64,000 nucleotides of DNA. Origin: Candidatus Humimicrobiia bacterium. GTDB lineage: Bacteria > Actinomycetota > Humimicrobiia > JAHJRV01. The first letter of the stretch is position 1, and every line of letters begins with the position of its first letter. This document shows positions 48,850-59,254 of this stretch, in pieces. Location: NCBI GenBank assembly GCA_049647085.1, contig JBARXA010000006.1, positions 2,670-66,669 on the forward strand, read 5' to 3'. The notes beneath the pieces were generated by a model, which saw nothing but the letters and a program-made list of their open reading frames with translations, was not told where the DNA came from and did not search any database. A program made the position numbers and the translations under genes.

Positions 48850-49299
48850 TTGGGAAGAGGACCAAGATGGTGTCATGCAAGATTTAGAAATTTTGGCTAT
48901 AAGATGACACAACCAAGAGAGATTATATTAGATGTTTTTAGTAAAGCTAAAGAACATTTAAGTGCTGAAGACATATATATGGAAGTATATAAAATATATC
49001 CAGGGATTGGTTTAACAACAATTTATCGCACTCTTGATATTTTAATTAATATGGGGATGATCAGTAGACATGATTTTGGTGATGGACGAAGCAGATATGA
49101 GCTAATTGGTGATCTAAAAAGTGAACACCATCATCATTTAGTTTGTTTGAGTTGTGGAAAAATAATTGATTATAGTGATTTCATAGATGAAGAAATAAAA
49201 CTATTCGATAAGCTTGAAAAGGTTTTATCAGAAAAACACAATTTTGAGATTAAATACCATCAGGTAGGTTTTTATGGTCTATGTGATAAATGCAAGTAA
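48850..49299 (+). CDS. Fur-family metalloregulator (Fur/Zur/PerR-like)
   Basis: TTG start with AGGAG RBS. HHHHLVCLSCGK and CDKC Zn-site motifs, wHTH. Confidence 0.8.
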   Translation: MGRGPRWCHARFRNFGYKMTQPREIILDVFSKAKEHLSAEDIYMEVYKIYPGIGLTTIYRTLDILINMGMISRHDFGDGRSRYELIGDLKSEHHHHLVCLSCGKIIDYSDFIDEEIKLFDKLEKVLSEKHNFEIKYHQVGFYGLCDKCK

Positions 49300-49368
49300 G
49301 CTACAACATCTTAAATATTAATGATTTAAATAGAAAACTTATTTTATATTAAAAAAGGAGGTGAAATT

Positions 49369-49779
49369 ATGCCAAGAGGAGATAGAACAGGACCTATGGG
49401 GTTTGGACCAATGACAGGCAGAGCTATGGGTTATTGTGCTGGATATTCTGTACCAGGATATGCTAATCCAATAGGTGGAGGTTATGGTTTTGGAAGAGGA
49501 TTCGGTATGGGTAGAGGATATGGAGGTCGGGGCGGAGGATTTGGATTCAGGCACAGGTACTATGCTACAGGATTACCATACTGGGCAAGTTCCAGACCAG
49601 GATGGGAGTATCCCCCAGTACCTTACCCACAAGAACTTTATCCCTATGAAGGTGCATTGAACCCTGAGCAGGAAATGGGTATGTTAAAAGAACAGGCTAA
49701 ATCTTTAACCAATACACTTAAGGATATAGAAAAAAGAGTAGAATCCCTAAAATCCAAACTTGAAAAGGAAAAAAAGTAG
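49369..49779 (+). CDS. DUF5320-like Gly-rich protein with C-terminal coiled coil
   Basis: MPRGDRTGPMGFGPMTGRAMGYCAGY..., GRG repeats, C-terminal LKEQAKSLTNTLKDIEKRVESLKSKLE. Confidence 0.55.
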   Translation: MPRGDRTGPMGFGPMTGRAMGYCAGYSVPGYANPIGGGYGFGRGFGMGRGYGGRGGGFGFRHRYYATGLPYWASSRPGWEYPPVPYPQELYPYEGALNPEQEMGMLKEQAKSLTNTLKDIEKRVESLKSKLEKEKK

Positions 49780-49846
49780 ATATATAGAATGATGGGTAAA
49801 CAGATTATTTTCTGTTTACCCTAAAATCTTTATAAAGGAGAAAGAT

Positions 49847-50257
49847 TTGAAAATAGCTATTTCGACAGATGAGGGCAATTTTGTATCCCCTCATTTTGGA
49901 AGATGTCCCTATTTTACAATTATTGAAATTGAGGATGAAAAAATTCTAAGTAAAGAGGTAATAAAAAATCCAGGTCATCAACCAGCATTTCTTCCTCAGT
50001 TTTTATCGGAAATAGGAGTGAGTTGTATTATGGCTGGAGGTATGGGGCGTAGAGCTCAAGGATTGTTTGCAGAAAAAGACATAGAAATAATGATTGGAGT
50101 AACTGGTGAAATAGACGAGGTGGTTTCAAGGTTTGTTAGTGGTAGACTCAAAGCTGGAGAAAGTCTATGTGTTCCAGGCTCTGGTAGAGGATATGGGATT
50201 GAAAAATCTATATGTGACCATGATGAACATAATCATGAAAATAATCACAAGAAATAA
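49847..50257 (+). CDS. NifX/NafY/NifB-C-like dinitrogenase FeMo-cofactor-binding domain protein
   Basis: HFGRCPYFTI...GVSCIMAGGMGRRA pattern. His-rich tail. Confidence 0.7.
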   Translation: MKIAISTDEGNFVSPHFGRCPYFTIIEIEDEKILSKEVIKNPGHQPAFLPQFLSEIGVSCIMAGGMGRRAQGLFAEKDIEIMIGVTGEIDEVVSRFVSGRLKAGESLCVPGSGRGYGIEKSICDHDEHNHENNHKK

Positions 50258-50397
50258 TATACACCATACTTCAGATAAGCATGGATTTTCTTTTAGAAAG
50301 TTAGATTATGAAGATGCTTATCATAAATAATAGAGTCCCTTAGACTTATAAATATAATAATAGGAAATAATTAAGAATTTTATAGAAAGGAATCGTT

Positions 50398-50760
50398 ATG
50401 AAAATATGTATTACTTCTCAAGGTTCAGATCTGAAGTCAGAAGTCGATTCAAGATTTGGAAGATGTGCTTACTTCATGATCATTGATCCAGAAACGATGG
50501 ATTTTGAAGCTATAGAAAATCCAAACATTCATGCAACAGGAGGCGCAGGAATACAATCAGCCCAACTTGTTGTTAATAAAGGAGTTAATGTTGTTATAAC
50601 TGGTAATTGTGGTCCTAATGCTTTTCATACACTTAAGTCTGCAAATATTGATGTAATAACAGGTGTGAAGGGAACAATTAGGGAGATATTGGAAAAATAT
50701 AAAGATGGTTCTCTTAAATCCGATTCTGGACCGAGTGTTTCACCAAAATTTGGATTTTAA
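50398..50760 (+). CDS. NifX/NafY-like FeMo-co-binding domain protein (paralog)
   Basis: RFGRCAYFMI...GVNVVITGNCGPNA. Confidence 0.7.
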   Translation: MKICITSQGSDLKSEVDSRFGRCAYFMIIDPETMDFEAIENPNIHATGGAGIQSAQLVVNKGVNVVITGNCGPNAFHTLKSANIDVITGVKGTIREILEKYKDGSLKSDSGPSVSPKFGF

Positions 50761-50803
50761 TAAATTTTAATTAAATTTTAAAAAATGGATGGAGGTTTTA
50801 ATT

Positions 50804-51058
50804 TTGACAAATAGAAGAAACCCATTAAATAGAGGAAAAGGAGCAGGAAAAGGAGCAGGAAGTGGAGCAGGATTAGGTGGAGGAGGGGGTTCAGGTAGAG
50901 GTGGAGGTAGGGGTCGTATGGGAGGAACAAGACCAGGCGCAGGACCAGCGGGATTCTGTGTTTGTCCAAGTTGCGGGCATAAGGTTTCTCATACTGTAGG
51001 AACTCCTTGCTATTCAATTAAATGTCCAAAATGCGGGATAAATATGGTAAGGCAATAA
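50804..51058 (+). CDS. Gly-rich protein with C-terminal C4 zinc ribbon
   Basis: TTG start 7 nt after GGAGGT (ATG at 50789 is an alternative). GKGAGKGAGSGAGLGGGGGSGRGGGRGR then CVCPSCGH...CPKCG. Confidence 0.5.
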   Translation: MTNRRNPLNRGKGAGKGAGSGAGLGGGGGSGRGGGRGRMGGTRPGAGPAGFCVCPSCGHKVSHTVGTPCYSIKCPKCGINMVRQ

Positions 51059-51133
51059 TTGATAATATCAATAGCAAGGTAAAGAATAGGATATAAGGTA
51101 CTTATTAATTTATATAGAGAAGTGAGGCGATAG

Positions 51134-51967
51134 TTGATAATAGCAGTCGCTAGTGGAAAAGGTGGAACGGGTAAAACCACTGTTGCTACAAATTTAGCTT
51201 TATCAATCGATAATGTACAATTTATTGATTGTGACGTAGAAGAACCCAATGCTCATATTTTTTTAAAGCCAAAAATTGAAGAAAGAATAGAAGTTAATAT
51301 TCCCATACCAAAAGTTGATGAGGGCAAATGTAATTATTGTGGAAAATGTGCTGAAATTTGCGCCTTTAATGCCATAGCGGTTTTAAAAGAGAAAGTGTTA
51401 GTATTTCCTGAACTGTGTCATGGTTGTGGTGGATGTAGTTTACTATGCCCGGAAGACGCAATAGCTGAAACTGGAAATAAGATAGGAATAGCGGAGATTG
51501 GTAAGTCTGATAATATTTTATTTGTAGATGGAAAGCTTGATATTGGAGAACCCATGTCACCTCCCTTGATCAGGGAGGTTAAAAAATATATAAATACTGA
51601 TAAAACTGTTATAATTGATGTTCCCCCGGGAACTTCCTGTCCTGTGATTGAAGCAGTTAAAGGGTCAGATTTTTGTATATTAGTTACTGAACCCACTCCT
51701 TTTGGACTGTATGATTTAAAATTAGCAGTTGAACTTATTGAGAAAATGGAAATACCCTTTGGTATTGTAATCAATCAATCTGATATTGGTGATAAGAAAG
51801 TAGAGCAATATTGTCTTAATTTAAATATACCAATTTTAATGAAAATACCTTTTGACAAAGATATTGCATTTGAATATTCAAAAGGTATCCCTATAGTTGT
51901 AAAAAAGATTGAGAAAAAGCAGAATTTCAAAAATCTTTATCAACAGATTAAGGAGTTAGTTAAATGA
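51134..51967 (+). CDS. MinD/ParA-superfamily P-loop ATPase with inserted 2x[4Fe-4S] ferredoxin domain
   Basis: GKGGTGKTT. CNYCGKCAEIC and CHGCGGCSLLCP. Confidence 0.8.
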   Translation: MIIAVASGKGGTGKTTVATNLALSIDNVQFIDCDVEEPNAHIFLKPKIEERIEVNIPIPKVDEGKCNYCGKCAEICAFNAIAVLKEKVLVFPELCHGCGGCSLLCPEDAIAETGNKIGIAEIGKSDNILFVDGKLDIGEPMSPPLIREVKKYINTDKTVIIDVPPGTSCPVIEAVKGSDFCILVTEPTPFGLYDLKLAVELIEKMEIPFGIVINQSDIGDKKVEQYCLNLNIPILMKIPFDKDIAFEYSKGIPIVVKKIEKKQNFKNLYQQIKELVK

Positions 51968-52848
51968 AGCAAATAGTTGTTATAAGTGGAAAGGGAGGAA
52001 CGGGAAAAACAACTATAGTCGCAAGCTTTGCCGCTCTATCCAATGCTAAAGTTATAGCAGACTGTGATGTGGATGCTCCGGATCTTCATCTTCTATTAAA
52101 ACCAAAAGTCAAACAAACTTTTGATTTTAAAAGTGGTAAGAAAGCATTTATTAATGAAGAAGAATGTATAAATTGTGGGGAATGTGTAGAAGTATGTCGA
52201 TTTGAAGCTATAGAAAAGATTATAGAAAATGATGTAATAAATAAAATGATAATAGTTCCTATTTCATGTGAGGGCTGTGGAGTTTGCTTTCATATCTGTC
52301 CAGTTAATGCAATTGAGATGAGGGAGAATTTAACAGGAGAATTATTTATTTCTGAATCAAAATATGGAACTTTAATACATGCAAAACTAAATGTTGCAGA
52401 AGAAAATTCAGGAAAACTTGTAAGTATGGTCAGAAATTATGCGAAACATATGGCAGAAAAGGAGAATAAAGAATTAATTATTATTGATGGTCCTCCAGGA
52501 ATCGCATGTCCTATAATTGCCTCTATAACAGGAGTAGATTTAGCTTTAATTGTTACTGAACCAACTTTATCTGCAATGCATGATTTAGATAGAGTTTATA
52601 AGGTAGCTAAGCATTTTAAAGTAAGGTCAATTGTATGTATAAATAAGTATGATTTAAATCTTGAGAATACTGAAAAAATAAAAAAATATTGTAAAGAGAA
52701 TAACATTGATATAGCAGGGAACATATCTTTTGATCCCATAGTTACTGAAGCTTTGGTTAATAGTATTCCAGTTGTTGAGCATATAGATAATAAGGTATCT
52801 AATGAGATTAGAGATTTATATAATAAAACAATTAATTTGTTGTGTTAA
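51964..52848 (+). CDS. MinD/ParA-superfamily P-loop ATPase with 2x[4Fe-4S] domain (paralog)
   Basis: GKGGTGKTT. CINCGECVEVC and CEGCGVCFHICP. ATGA overlap with the upstream gene. Confidence 0.8.
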   Translation: MKQIVVISGKGGTGKTTIVASFAALSNAKVIADCDVDAPDLHLLLKPKVKQTFDFKSGKKAFINEEECINCGECVEVCRFEAIEKIIENDVINKMIIVPISCEGCGVCFHICPVNAIEMRENLTGELFISESKYGTLIHAKLNVAEENSGKLVSMVRNYAKHMAEKENKELIIIDGPPGIACPIIASITGVDLALIVTEPTLSAMHDLDRVYKVAKHFKVRSIVCINKYDLNLENTEKIKKYCKENNIDIAGNISFDPIVTEALVNSIPVVEHIDNKVSNEIRDLYNKTINLLC

Positions 52849-52853
52849 AGCTT

Positions 52854-52962
52854 GTTATCCTGAAGAAGATCATAAAAAATAAATTTTAATAATGTTTCAT
52901 TGTGAAGAGCGAGATTCCGGTTGTCATTGCGAGGAGCATTAGCGACGAAGCAATCTCATTGC
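52854..52962 (+). repeat. three tandem partial family-1 repeat copies (GTTATCCTGAAGAAGATC / TGTGAAGAGCGAGATTCCGG / TTGTCATTGCGAGGAGCATTAGCGACGAAGCAATCTCATTGC)
   Basis: Lies between convergent genes. Confidence 0.55.
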
Positions 52963-52977
52963 ATTATTACATTATAC

Positions 52978-53784
52978 TTAATCAGATGGTCGTCTTCTTC
53001 TAGTTTCTCTCTCATTTAATGTCAAAACTTTTGGTCTTACCGCTTTATATACATTTAATGTATTTAATCCTTTAAACTCTTTTTCGATATGATCCATCTC
53101 TTCTACACTAAGAGGTGAAATAGGACTAGGTCTTAAAGGAGTGTTAAGTTGAACACGATAGGGTCTTATTTCCTTAGTAATGTCTGCTAACTCCTTAGCA
53201 AAATACTTGTTATCATCAATAAACATCATCTGTAATTCTAATCTACCCTTAAAATTCTCTGAAAAAATTTTAATTTGTTCTATAATTTTATCTATACCAT
53301 AATTTACAAAAGGTCTGTTTATTTTTTGAAATAATAATTCATTGGGTGCATCTATTTTAGCTACTACAACATCAAACAATGATAAATCTCTTAAGATCTC
53401 TTCCTTAAGCATTAGTGAGGAATTAGTAAGAATGGCAATTGGTTGAGGCATATTTTGATGAATTACTTTAACTAATTCACTTAAATTTCCAGCCAATGTA
53501 GGCTCAGCTAATCCTGAAAAAGTGATGTAATCTATAGGTAATTCTTTTTCATTTAATTCTTTTTCTAATGATGATTCTCTAAGTAGTTTTTTTGCAAGTA
53601 TTAATTCCTTAACTAAATCATTAGCTTTTATGAATACTTTTCGCTTAATTACTGGATTTATAGTACGACCAAGTTGACAGTAAACACAATCAAATGAGCA
53701 TGTCTTTTTTTCAGTTGATACCGGGTCTACTCCCAAAGATCTACCAAGTCTCCATGAAGGAACAGGTCCATAGATATATTTCAT
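52978..53784 (-). CDS. radical SAM protein (small, COG0731-like)
   Basis: N-terminus [23 protein letters not shown] cluster motif. Confidence 0.75.
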   Translation of the reverse strand: MKYIYGPVPSWRLGRSLGVDPVSTEKKTCSFDCVYCQLGRTINPVIKRKVFIKANDLVKELILAKKLLRESSLEKELNEKELPIDYITFSGLAEPTLAGNLSELVKVIHQNMPQPIAILTNSSLMLKEEILRDLSLFDVVVAKIDAPNELLFQKINRPFVNYGIDKIIEQIKIFSENFKGRLELQMMFIDDNKYFAKELADITKEIRPYRVQLNTPLRPSPISPLSVEEMDHIEKEFKGLNTLNVYKAVRPKVLTLNERETRRRRPSD

Positions 53785-54593
53785 TTGAATCTTTCAATTT
53801 TTTTAATAATTTCATTAAATGCTTTTGATGCTTCCGAATCAGAATTTAAAACAAAGGGATTTCCAGAATCACCTGAGTTTACAATTTCAGGATCAACAGG
53901 TATTCTTCCAAGAAATGGTACATTTAATTCCCTAGAAGCTTTCTCACCTCCACCAATTTTAAATAAATCAATCTCTTCTCCGCAATAAGGACATTTAAAT
54001 CCTGACATGTTTTCAACTATACCAATTATTGGAACATTAACCTTTTTTGCAAAATCTACAGCTTTTCTTGAATCAAGTAGTGCAACATCTTGTGGAGTTG
54101 TAACTATTATAGCTCCATATGGTTGCATTAACTGTACAATGCTTAAAGGCTCATCCCCCGTGCCGGGAGGTAGATCTACTATCAGATAATCAAGATTACC
54201 CCACTGAACATCCTCTGTAAACTGTTTTAATAAATGCATTTTCAAAGGTCCTCTCCAGATAACTGCCGAATCTTTATCTGGAAGAAACATGCTTATAGAA
54301 ATGAATTTTAATTTATTAATAATTGTTGGAGGAATTATTTTTTTATCTATTACTTTTGGTTTTGTTTTTTCAGCATTCAACATCTTTGTAACATCTGGTC
54401 CATGAATATCAGCATCAAGCAATCCAACATTATTACCATTTAATGCTAATTTAAAAGCCAAATTTACTGCAACTGTTGTTTTCCCAACACCACCTTTACC
54501 ACTAAACACCATAATTCTTTTTTTAATATTATCTAGTTTACCAATCTTATTTACTTTCTCATTTACATTTTTATTAGCATCCATTAATAACAC
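53781..54593 (-). CDS. Mrp/NBP35/ApbC-family Fe-S cluster carrier ATPase
   Basis: [15 protein letters not shown] and CPYCG. ATGA overlap with the downstream radical SAM gene. Confidence 0.85.
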   Translation of the reverse strand: MLLMDANKNVNEKVNKIGKLDNIKKRIMVFSGKGGVGKTTVAVNLAFKLALNGNNVGLLDADIHGPDVTKMLNAEKTKPKVIDKKIIPPTIINKLKFISISMFLPDKDSAVIWRGPLKMHLLKQFTEDVQWGNLDYLIVDLPPGTGDEPLSIVQLMQPYGAIIVTTPQDVALLDSRKAVDFAKKVNVPIIGIVENMSGFKCPYCGEEIDLFKIGGGEKASRELNVPFLGRIPVDPEIVNSGDSGNPFVLNSDSEASKAFNEIIKKIERFK

Positions 54594-54878
54594 CCAATTC
54601 TAATTATTTTTTATTTAAATCTATAAATAATAACTCTATTATTTTTTTAATTCAAATATTTTTAGTAATTTTTGCTATGTATATAAGATAAGTTTAATTT
54701 TTCCTTAAAAATTAAGAGCATAAAAATTTTCTAAAATAGAACTAAGTTTTAAATTAGAAAAGAATAAATATATAATATAAAGTTGTTTAAAACTTAATAA
54801 AGTAATTCTTTACTTAAAAATTCTTTCAGATTAATTATAAAAAATACATTTTAATAAAAGTTTTAAAAAAGATATGAT

Positions 54879-55544
54879 ATGAGGATTACTATTTTATATG
54901 ATTCATATAAGTATAAAAAACTGCCAGAACTTAGAACTGGTTGGGGTTTCTCCTGTTTAATTGAAACAGATGAAAAAAACATACTATTTGATACCGGATG
55001 GGATGGAAATATTCTTCTTAATAATATGAAATATTTAGGCATTGATCCTGAAAAGATAGATATTGTAGTAATTTCACACTTTCATTGGGATCATTGTGGT
55101 GGTCTTCCTCAAATATTGAGAATTGATAAGAAAATTGATGTATATGTGCCAAAATATTTCTCAACTCATCTTAAGAAGGAAATCAAATATAGAGCAAATC
55201 TTTTCGAGGTATTAAAATCAGAAGAGATTTGTGAAGATGTTTATACCACTGGAGAATTAGGAAAGGATATAAAAGAACAATCAATAATACTTAAAACAGA
55301 GAAGGGATTAATTGTCGTAACTGGATGTGCTCACCCTGGTATAGGAACTATATTAAAAGTGGCTTCAAATTATGGGAAAGTTTATGGTTTAATTGGAGGA
55401 TTTCATGGATTTAAAGAATTTCATCTAATTAGTGATATCTCATTTATAATGCCTTGTCATTGTACAAGATACAAAAAAGACTTAGCTAAATTATTTCCTC
55501 AAAAATATATTGAAAATGGCATAGGCAAGGAAATAAAATTTTAG
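54879..55544 (+). CDS. MBL-fold metallo-hydrolase
   Basis: ISHFHWDHCGG motif. Confidence 0.7.
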   Translation: MRITILYDSYKYKKLPELRTGWGFSCLIETDEKNILFDTGWDGNILLNNMKYLGIDPEKIDIVVISHFHWDHCGGLPQILRIDKKIDVYVPKYFSTHLKKEIKYRANLFEVLKSEEICEDVYTTGELGKDIKEQSIILKTEKGLIVVTGCAHPGIGTILKVASNYGKVYGLIGGFHGFKEFHLISDISFIMPCHCTRYKKDLAKLFPQKYIENGIGKEIKF

Positions 55545-55670
55545 AAAATTAATTAAATAGTTTAATATAAAATAATCATAATTTAGAAAATAATGCAGTA
55601 TAATAATCAAGTTATTATTTTGAAGCTTTTAATTATTTAAAATTAATATGCAAAAGAAAGGTTAGATATT

Positions 55671-55997
55671 ATGAAAATTGTGAAGAAGGGGTGGAAGGAA
55701 ATTCCAATTGGTGGTGTGATTTTGGAAGCGGGAAATGCATCTAATTACAATACTGGGGATTGGAGAAGCCAAAGACCAATATGGGATGAGGAAAAATGCA
55801 TTCACTGTCTGCTATGCTATGTGTATTGTCCAGATTCTTCAATAGAAGTTGAAGATAAAAAAATGACTGGAATCAACTATTTTTATTGCAAGGGATGTGG
55901 AATTTGTGCTGATATTTGTCCAAAAGACGCAATCGAACTAATTCCTGAAACAAAAGCAAGTGAAGCGGAAACAAAAATAAGTGAGAGGAGTGGATAG
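55671..55997 (+). CDS. porD: pyruvate/2-oxoacid:ferredoxin oxidoreductase delta subunit (2x[4Fe-4S])
   Basis: CIHCLLCYVYCP and CKGCGICADICP. Confidence 0.85.
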   Translation: MKIVKKGWKEIPIGGVILEAGNASNYNTGDWRSQRPIWDEEKCIHCLLCYVYCPDSSIEVEDKKMTGINYFYCKGCGICADICPKDAIELIPETKASEAETKISERSG

Positions 55998-55999
55998 AT

Positions 56000-57181
56000 A
56001 TGGCAAAAAAACATGTTGAAGTAGGAACAACAGCAGTAGCAATGGCAATGCGCCAGATTAATCCAGATGTATTAGCAGCATATCCTATTACACCACAAAC
56101 GGCAATTGTTCAAACATTCTCACAATATTTTGCTGATGGGAAAGTAGATACTGAATTTATTACAGTTGAAAGTGAGCATTCTGCTATGAGTGCTTGTGTT
56201 GGAGCTGCTGCTGCCGGAGCTAGGGTCATGACTGCCACAGCTTCTGCTGGATTAGCTTTAATGTGGGAGATATTATCTGTCGCTTCAGGGTTAAGAATGC
56301 CAATTACTATGATAAATGTAAATAGAGCTCTTTCGGCACCTATAAATATCCATTGTGATCATTCTGATAGTATGGGAGCAAGGGATAGTGGGTGGATACA
56401 GATATATTCAGAAAATTCTCAGGAAGCATATGATAATGTTATTCAAGCAGTAAGAATAGCAGAGTCAGAGGAGGTAAGACTTCCAGTAATGGTTATGCTG
56501 GATGGTTTCATTATAAGTCATGGAATTGAGGAATTTGAGACATTAGAAGATGACGAGGTAAGAAACTTTATTGGTGAAAATAAACCAAAATATTCTCTTT
56601 TAAATATAAATGAGCCAATCAGTCATGGCCCACTACAATTATTTGATTACTACTTTGAAACAAAGAGACAACAGGCTGATGCAATTTATAAAGCAAGATC
56701 TGTAATAGAAGAAGTTAGTCGTCAATATGAGAAATTATCTGGTAGAAGCCAACCTATAATTGAAAAATATTTTGCAGATGATGCTGAATATATAATTGTA
56801 GTTCTATCCTCAACAGCTGGAACTGCAAAAAGTGTAGTGAATGAGTTAAGGAAAGATGGACTAAAGGTAGGGCTTATAAAACCAAGAGTATTTAGACCCT
56901 TCCCATATTTTGAATTAGCTGAAGTTCTTAAAAATATGAAAGCTGTAGCTGTATTAGATAGATCGTGTTCATTTGGAGCTCAGGGTGGACCTTTATATAT
57001 CGAAATTAGAAGTGCATTATATGAGTTAGTACAAAAACCACTTATAAAAAATTATATCTTTGGATTGGGGGGAAGGGACATAAGCTTAGAAAATATAAGG
57101 TCTGTTTATTCTGATTTAGAAAAAATAGCTGAAATTGGTGGAGTTGAAAAACCAGTTAGCTATCTTGGAGTAAGAAAGTAG
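56000..57181 (+). CDS. porA: pyruvate/2-oxoacid:ferredoxin oxidoreductase alpha subunit
   Basis: 393 aa, typical alpha-subunit N-terminus (GTTAVAMAMRQINPDV...YPITPQT). Confidence 0.85.
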   Translation: MAKKHVEVGTTAVAMAMRQINPDVLAAYPITPQTAIVQTFSQYFADGKVDTEFITVESEHSAMSACVGAAAAGARVMTATASAGLALMWEILSVASGLRMPITMINVNRALSAPINIHCDHSDSMGARDSGWIQIYSENSQEAYDNVIQAVRIAESEEVRLPVMVMLDGFIISHGIEEFETLEDDEVRNFIGENKPKYSLLNINEPISHGPLQLFDYYFETKRQQADAIYKARSVIEEVSRQYEKLSGRSQPIIEKYFADDAEYIIVVLSSTAGTAKSVVNELRKDGLKVGLIKPRVFRPFPYFELAEVLKNMKAVAVLDRSCSFGAQGGPLYIEIRSALYELVQKPLIKNYIFGLGGRDISLENIRSVYSDLEKIAEIGGVEKPVSYLGVRK

Positions 57182-57190
57182 AGGTGTATT

Positions 57191-58117
57191 TTGGTAAGTC
57201 TAAAGGAAATAATAAAGAAGGAAAAAAGATTATCACCAGGTCATAGACTTTGTCCTGGTTGTGGTGCATCAGTTGTAGTAAATATGATTCTATGGGCAAC
57301 AGATGACCCAGTAGTTATATGTGTTGCTACAGGATGTTTAGAAGTTTCAACTACTGTATATCCACAGACAGCATGGAGAATTCCTTATATTCATAGTGCT
57401 TTTGAAAATGCTGCGTCAACTATTAGTGGTGTAGAAACTGCATATAGAGCCCTAAAGAAAAAAGGCAAAATAAAGGAAGATATAAAGTTTGTGGCTTTTG
57501 GAGGAGATGGTGGAACATATGATATAGGTTTACAAGCTCTTTCTGGAGCTATGGAGAGAGGTCATAACATGGTTTATGTCTGTTATGATAATGAAGCATA
57601 TATGAATACTGGGATCCAGCGTTCAAGTGCAACTCCTTTTGGAGCAAGTACAACAACAAGTCCTGCTGGAAGTGTGATTCCTGGAAAGCTACAACAAAGA
57701 AAAGATCTTACATATATAATGGCTGCTCACAAAATTCCTTATGTCGCACAAGCGTCAATCAGTCACTGGAAGGATTTGGTAAAAAAGTCTAGGAAGGCTT
57801 TTGAGGTTGATGGACCTGCATTCTTAAATGTTTTATCACCATGTCCAAGAGGATGGAGATATGATTCTAAGCTAACCATCAATATTGCCAAAGAGGCAGT
57901 AACTAGCAATTTCTGGCCATTATATGAAATTGAAAATGAAGAGTGGAAATTAACATATAAACCTAAAGAAAAAACTTCAATTGAAGAATGGCTTAAAAAA
58001 CAGGGTAGATTTAAACATCTATTCAAACCAGAAAACACTCATATTATAGGTGAAATACAGAACTATATTGATAAAGAGTGGCAAAACCTTCTTAAGAAAT
58101 GCGGACTACAATCTTAA
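57191..58117 (+). CDS. porB: pyruvate/2-oxoacid:ferredoxin oxidoreductase beta subunit (TPP-binding)
   Basis: CPGCG, GGDG TPP motif. Confidence 0.85.
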   Translation: MVSLKEIIKKEKRLSPGHRLCPGCGASVVVNMILWATDDPVVICVATGCLEVSTTVYPQTAWRIPYIHSAFENAASTISGVETAYRALKKKGKIKEDIKFVAFGGDGGTYDIGLQALSGAMERGHNMVYVCYDNEAYMNTGIQRSSATPFGASTTTSPAGSVIPGKLQQRKDLTYIMAAHKIPYVAQASISHWKDLVKKSRKAFEVDGPAFLNVLSPCPRGWRYDSKLTINIAKEAVTSNFWPLYEIENEEWKLTYKPKEKTSIEEWLKKQGRFKHLFKPENTHIIGEIQNYIDKEWQNLLKKCGLQS

Positions 58118-58220
58118 GTAAAAGCCAATTAATTATTATTGATTGTCTTTTATTTAATGTATTTGGACTAATCTAATGTTCTATCTAAGAGACTAGAAAT
58201 TATCAATAAGGGGTGTACTG

Positions 58221-59234
58221 ATGAAAAAATATAATGTTGCTATTTGTGGTGCAACTGGTGCTGTTGGCGAAACAATACTAAAGGTTTTACAGGAGAGAAA
58301 TTTTCCTGTAGAAAAATTAAAACTTCTTGCATCATATAGATCAGTTGGTAAGAAATATAAATTTTTAAATCAGGATATTATGGTTGAAGAATTGACTAAA
58401 GATGCATTTAAAGACACAGAAATTGTTCTCTTCTCTATAGGGGCAGAACTTAGTAAGGAATTTGCACCAATAGCAGTTGAAAATGGAGCAACAGTTATTG
58501 ATAATTCTAGTGCATTTAGAATGGATAAAGATGTATCACTTGTTGTGCCTGAAGTGAATCCCCAGGATGTTTTGGGACACAAAGGTATAATTGCAAACCC
58601 AAATTGCTCTACAATTGTAATGGTAGTAGCAATTAATCCAATTCACAAAATCTCGAAAATTAAAAGGATAGTTGCATCAACATATCAGGCTGTATCTGGA
58701 ACTGGGAGGAAAGCAATTGAAGAATTAAAAAAACAATCAAGAGCAGTTCTTAATAGCAAAGAGGTAAAATCGGAGGTTTACCCAGTTCAGATAGCATTTA
58801 ATATCTTGCCACATATTGATGATTTTTATGAAGATGGCTACACAAAAGAAGAAATGAAAATGGTTCATGAGACTCATAAAATAATAGGTGACAATTCTAT
58901 AAAAATAACTACCACTTCAGTTAGAGTTCCAGTGTTTACATCTCACTCTCTGTCTGTAAATTTAGAATTAGAATCTAAACTTACAAGAGAAGATGTGCGA
59001 GAAATTTTAAGTAAAGCACCTGGAGTTAAAGTAATGGATGATCCAGAAAATCTAATTTATCCTACAACTCTTGACTCTTCGGGTAATGATTTGGTCTATG
59101 TTGGTCGAATTAGGGAAGATAACTCTGTTGAAAATGGTATAAATTTATGGATAGTGTCTGATCAACTCAGAAAAGGTGCAGCTACAAATGCTATACAGAT
59201 TGCAGAAATTTTAATAGAGAAAAATCCTGTTTAA
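58221..59234 (+). CDS. asd: aspartate-semialdehyde dehydrogenase
   Basis: VAICGATGAVG NAD-binding motif. Active-site IANPNCSTI. Confidence 0.9.
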   Translation: MKKYNVAICGATGAVGETILKVLQERNFPVEKLKLLASYRSVGKKYKFLNQDIMVEELTKDAFKDTEIVLFSIGAELSKEFAPIAVENGATVIDNSSAFRMDKDVSLVVPEVNPQDVLGHKGIIANPNCSTIVMVVAINPIHKISKIKRIVASTYQAVSGTGRKAIEELKKQSRAVLNSKEVKSEVYPVQIAFNILPHIDDFYEDGYTKEEMKMVHETHKIIGDNSIKITTTSVRVPVFTSHSLSVNLELESKLTREDVREILSKAPGVKVMDDPENLIYPTTLDSSGNDLVYVGRIREDNSVENGINLWIVSDQLRKGAATNAIQIAEILIEKNPV

Positions 59235-59254
59235 ATTTTTAATATTATGCGAAG

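Noticed and set aside
49339-49660. ORFs 49339-49554 (-) and 49475-49660 (+)
   Set aside because: Alternative frames of the Gly-rich DUF5320-like gene. GGN-codon repetition keeps all frames open.
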